Below are positions 41,768 through 42,338 of a stretch of DNA of 42,338 nt, in pieces; position 1 is the stretch's first letter; each line of letters starts with the position of its first letter. The position numbers and the translations under genes were made by a program. This stretch comes from Kiritimatiellia bacterium. GTDB taxonomy: Bacteria > Verrucomicrobiota > Kiritimatiellia > CAIKKV01 > CAITUY01. The notes beneath the pieces were generated by a model, which was not told the origin of the DNA, made no database searches, and saw only the letters and a program-made list of their open reading frames with translations. Location: NCBI GenBank assembly GCA_044344495.1, contig JBIJCW010000002.1:1-42338 (forward strand), in the 5' to 3' direction.

Positions 41768-42338
41768 GTGAATCAACCCGTCATCTCCGCCACCGCCATC
41801 CGGAAGACTTATGGCACGTTCACCGCCGTCGACGGCGTCACGTTCAGCGTCCCCCGCGGCGAACTCTTCGGAATCCTCGGCCCCAATGGCGCCGGCAAAA
41901 CATCAACCATCCGCATGATCTACGGATTCTCCCCGTTGAGCGGCGGTTCCCTCCAAGTCTTCGGTCAGGATATCGTCAGCGACTGGCGCGACATCCGCGC
42001 CCGGCTGGGCGTCTGTCACCAGGAGGACAACCTCGACACCGAGATGACCGTCCGCCAGAACCTGGAAGTCTTCGCCGGCTTCTTCGGCATTCCGCGCTCC
42101 GAGGCAGCGGATCGCGCCACACGCCTCCTGACGTTCTTCGGTCTCAACCACAAGGAGAACGCCCAGGTCAACGAACTTTCCGGCGGCATGATGCGCCGCC
42201 TGGTCATCGCCCGCGCTCTCATCAACAACCCGGAACTCCTCATCCTCGATGAACCCACCACCGGCCTCGACCCCCAGACCCGGCATCAGTTGTGGGATAA
42301 ACTGGCCGAACTCAAGCAGAGCGGTGTCACCATCCTAC
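41768..42338 (+). CDS. ABC transporter ATP-binding protein (ABC-2 / NodI-DrrA-like), 5' partial, runs off window
   Basis: Not in the track because it is open-ended. GTG at 41768 lies 6 nt after AGGAG (41757-41761). Hand translation gives VNQPVISATAIRKTYG..GILGPNGAGKTS (Walker A)..LSGGMMRRLVIARAL (signature)..LLILDEPTTGLD (Walker B). Confidence 0.9.
   Translation, partial: MNQPVISATAIRKTYGTFTAVDGVTFSVPRGELFGILGPNGAGKTSTIRMIYGFSPLSGGSLQVFGQDIVSDWRDIRARLGVCHQEDNLDTEMTVRQNLEVFAGFFGIPRSEAADRATRLLTFFGLNHKENAQVNELSGGMMRRLVIARALINNPELLILDEPTTGLDPQTRHQLWDKLAELKQSGVTIL

Noticed and set aside
41903-42286. 127-aa minus-strand ORF at the right edge.
   Set aside because: It is the antisense shadow of the plus-strand ABC ATPase, whose Walker A, signature and Walker B motifs are unambiguous.
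1-42338. Window-wide search for mobile elements, CRISPR repeats, prophage or defence genes, toxin-antitoxin pairs and rRNA.
   Set aside because: No transposase, integrase or recombinase motifs were seen. No regularly spaced direct repeats and no rRNA-like sequence were seen. Every sizeable ORF is accounted for by housekeeping functions, apart from the rpsS-rplV insert.

Overview
This 42.3-kb window is almost entirely core bacterial housekeeping DNA. About 36 kb of transcription and translation genes lie co-linearly on the minus strand. In transcription order (high to low coordinates) they are: rplU-rpmA-obg; tRNA-Thr-tuf-rpmG-tRNA-Trp-secE-nusG-rplK-rplA-rplJ-rplL-rpoB-rpoC-rpsL-rpsG-fusA; then contiguous S10, spc and alpha operons (rpsJ through rplQ, including secY, adk, map, rpmJ and rpoA). 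Three small genes missing from the ORF track were found by hand translation: rpmJ, rpmG and a 61-aa Zn-type S14. Two tRNAs were also read directly. Several track ORFs are over-extended at the 5' end, and better starts are proposed for them.

The left edge carries a one-carbon cluster: separate homocysteine-binding and pterin-binding methyltransferase modules plus formate-THF ligase. A PocR-sensor/AraC-family regulator is transcribed divergently from it. The right edge has a RecD2-like SF1 helicase and the 5' part of an ABC-transporter ATPase.

I saw no transposase, integrase, CRISPR array, toxin-antitoxin pair or defence-like genes. The one real structural anomaly is a 173-aa non-ribosomal ORF wedged tightly between rpsS and rplV, inside the normally invariant S10 operon. 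It has a hydrophobic N-terminus, a perfect heptad coiled coil and a beta-rich C-terminal domain. Other observations are lower interest: an atypical EF-Tu effector loop, an intrinsic-terminator-like hairpin between rpmA and obg, absence of rpmD and infA, an unassigned ~500-bp spacer, and N-terminal extensions of S11 and EF-G. All identifications come from motif recognition by eye; no database search was possible. The taxon is not determinable here, although the EF-Tu loop resembles what I recall of planctomycete/PVC-type EF-Tu.
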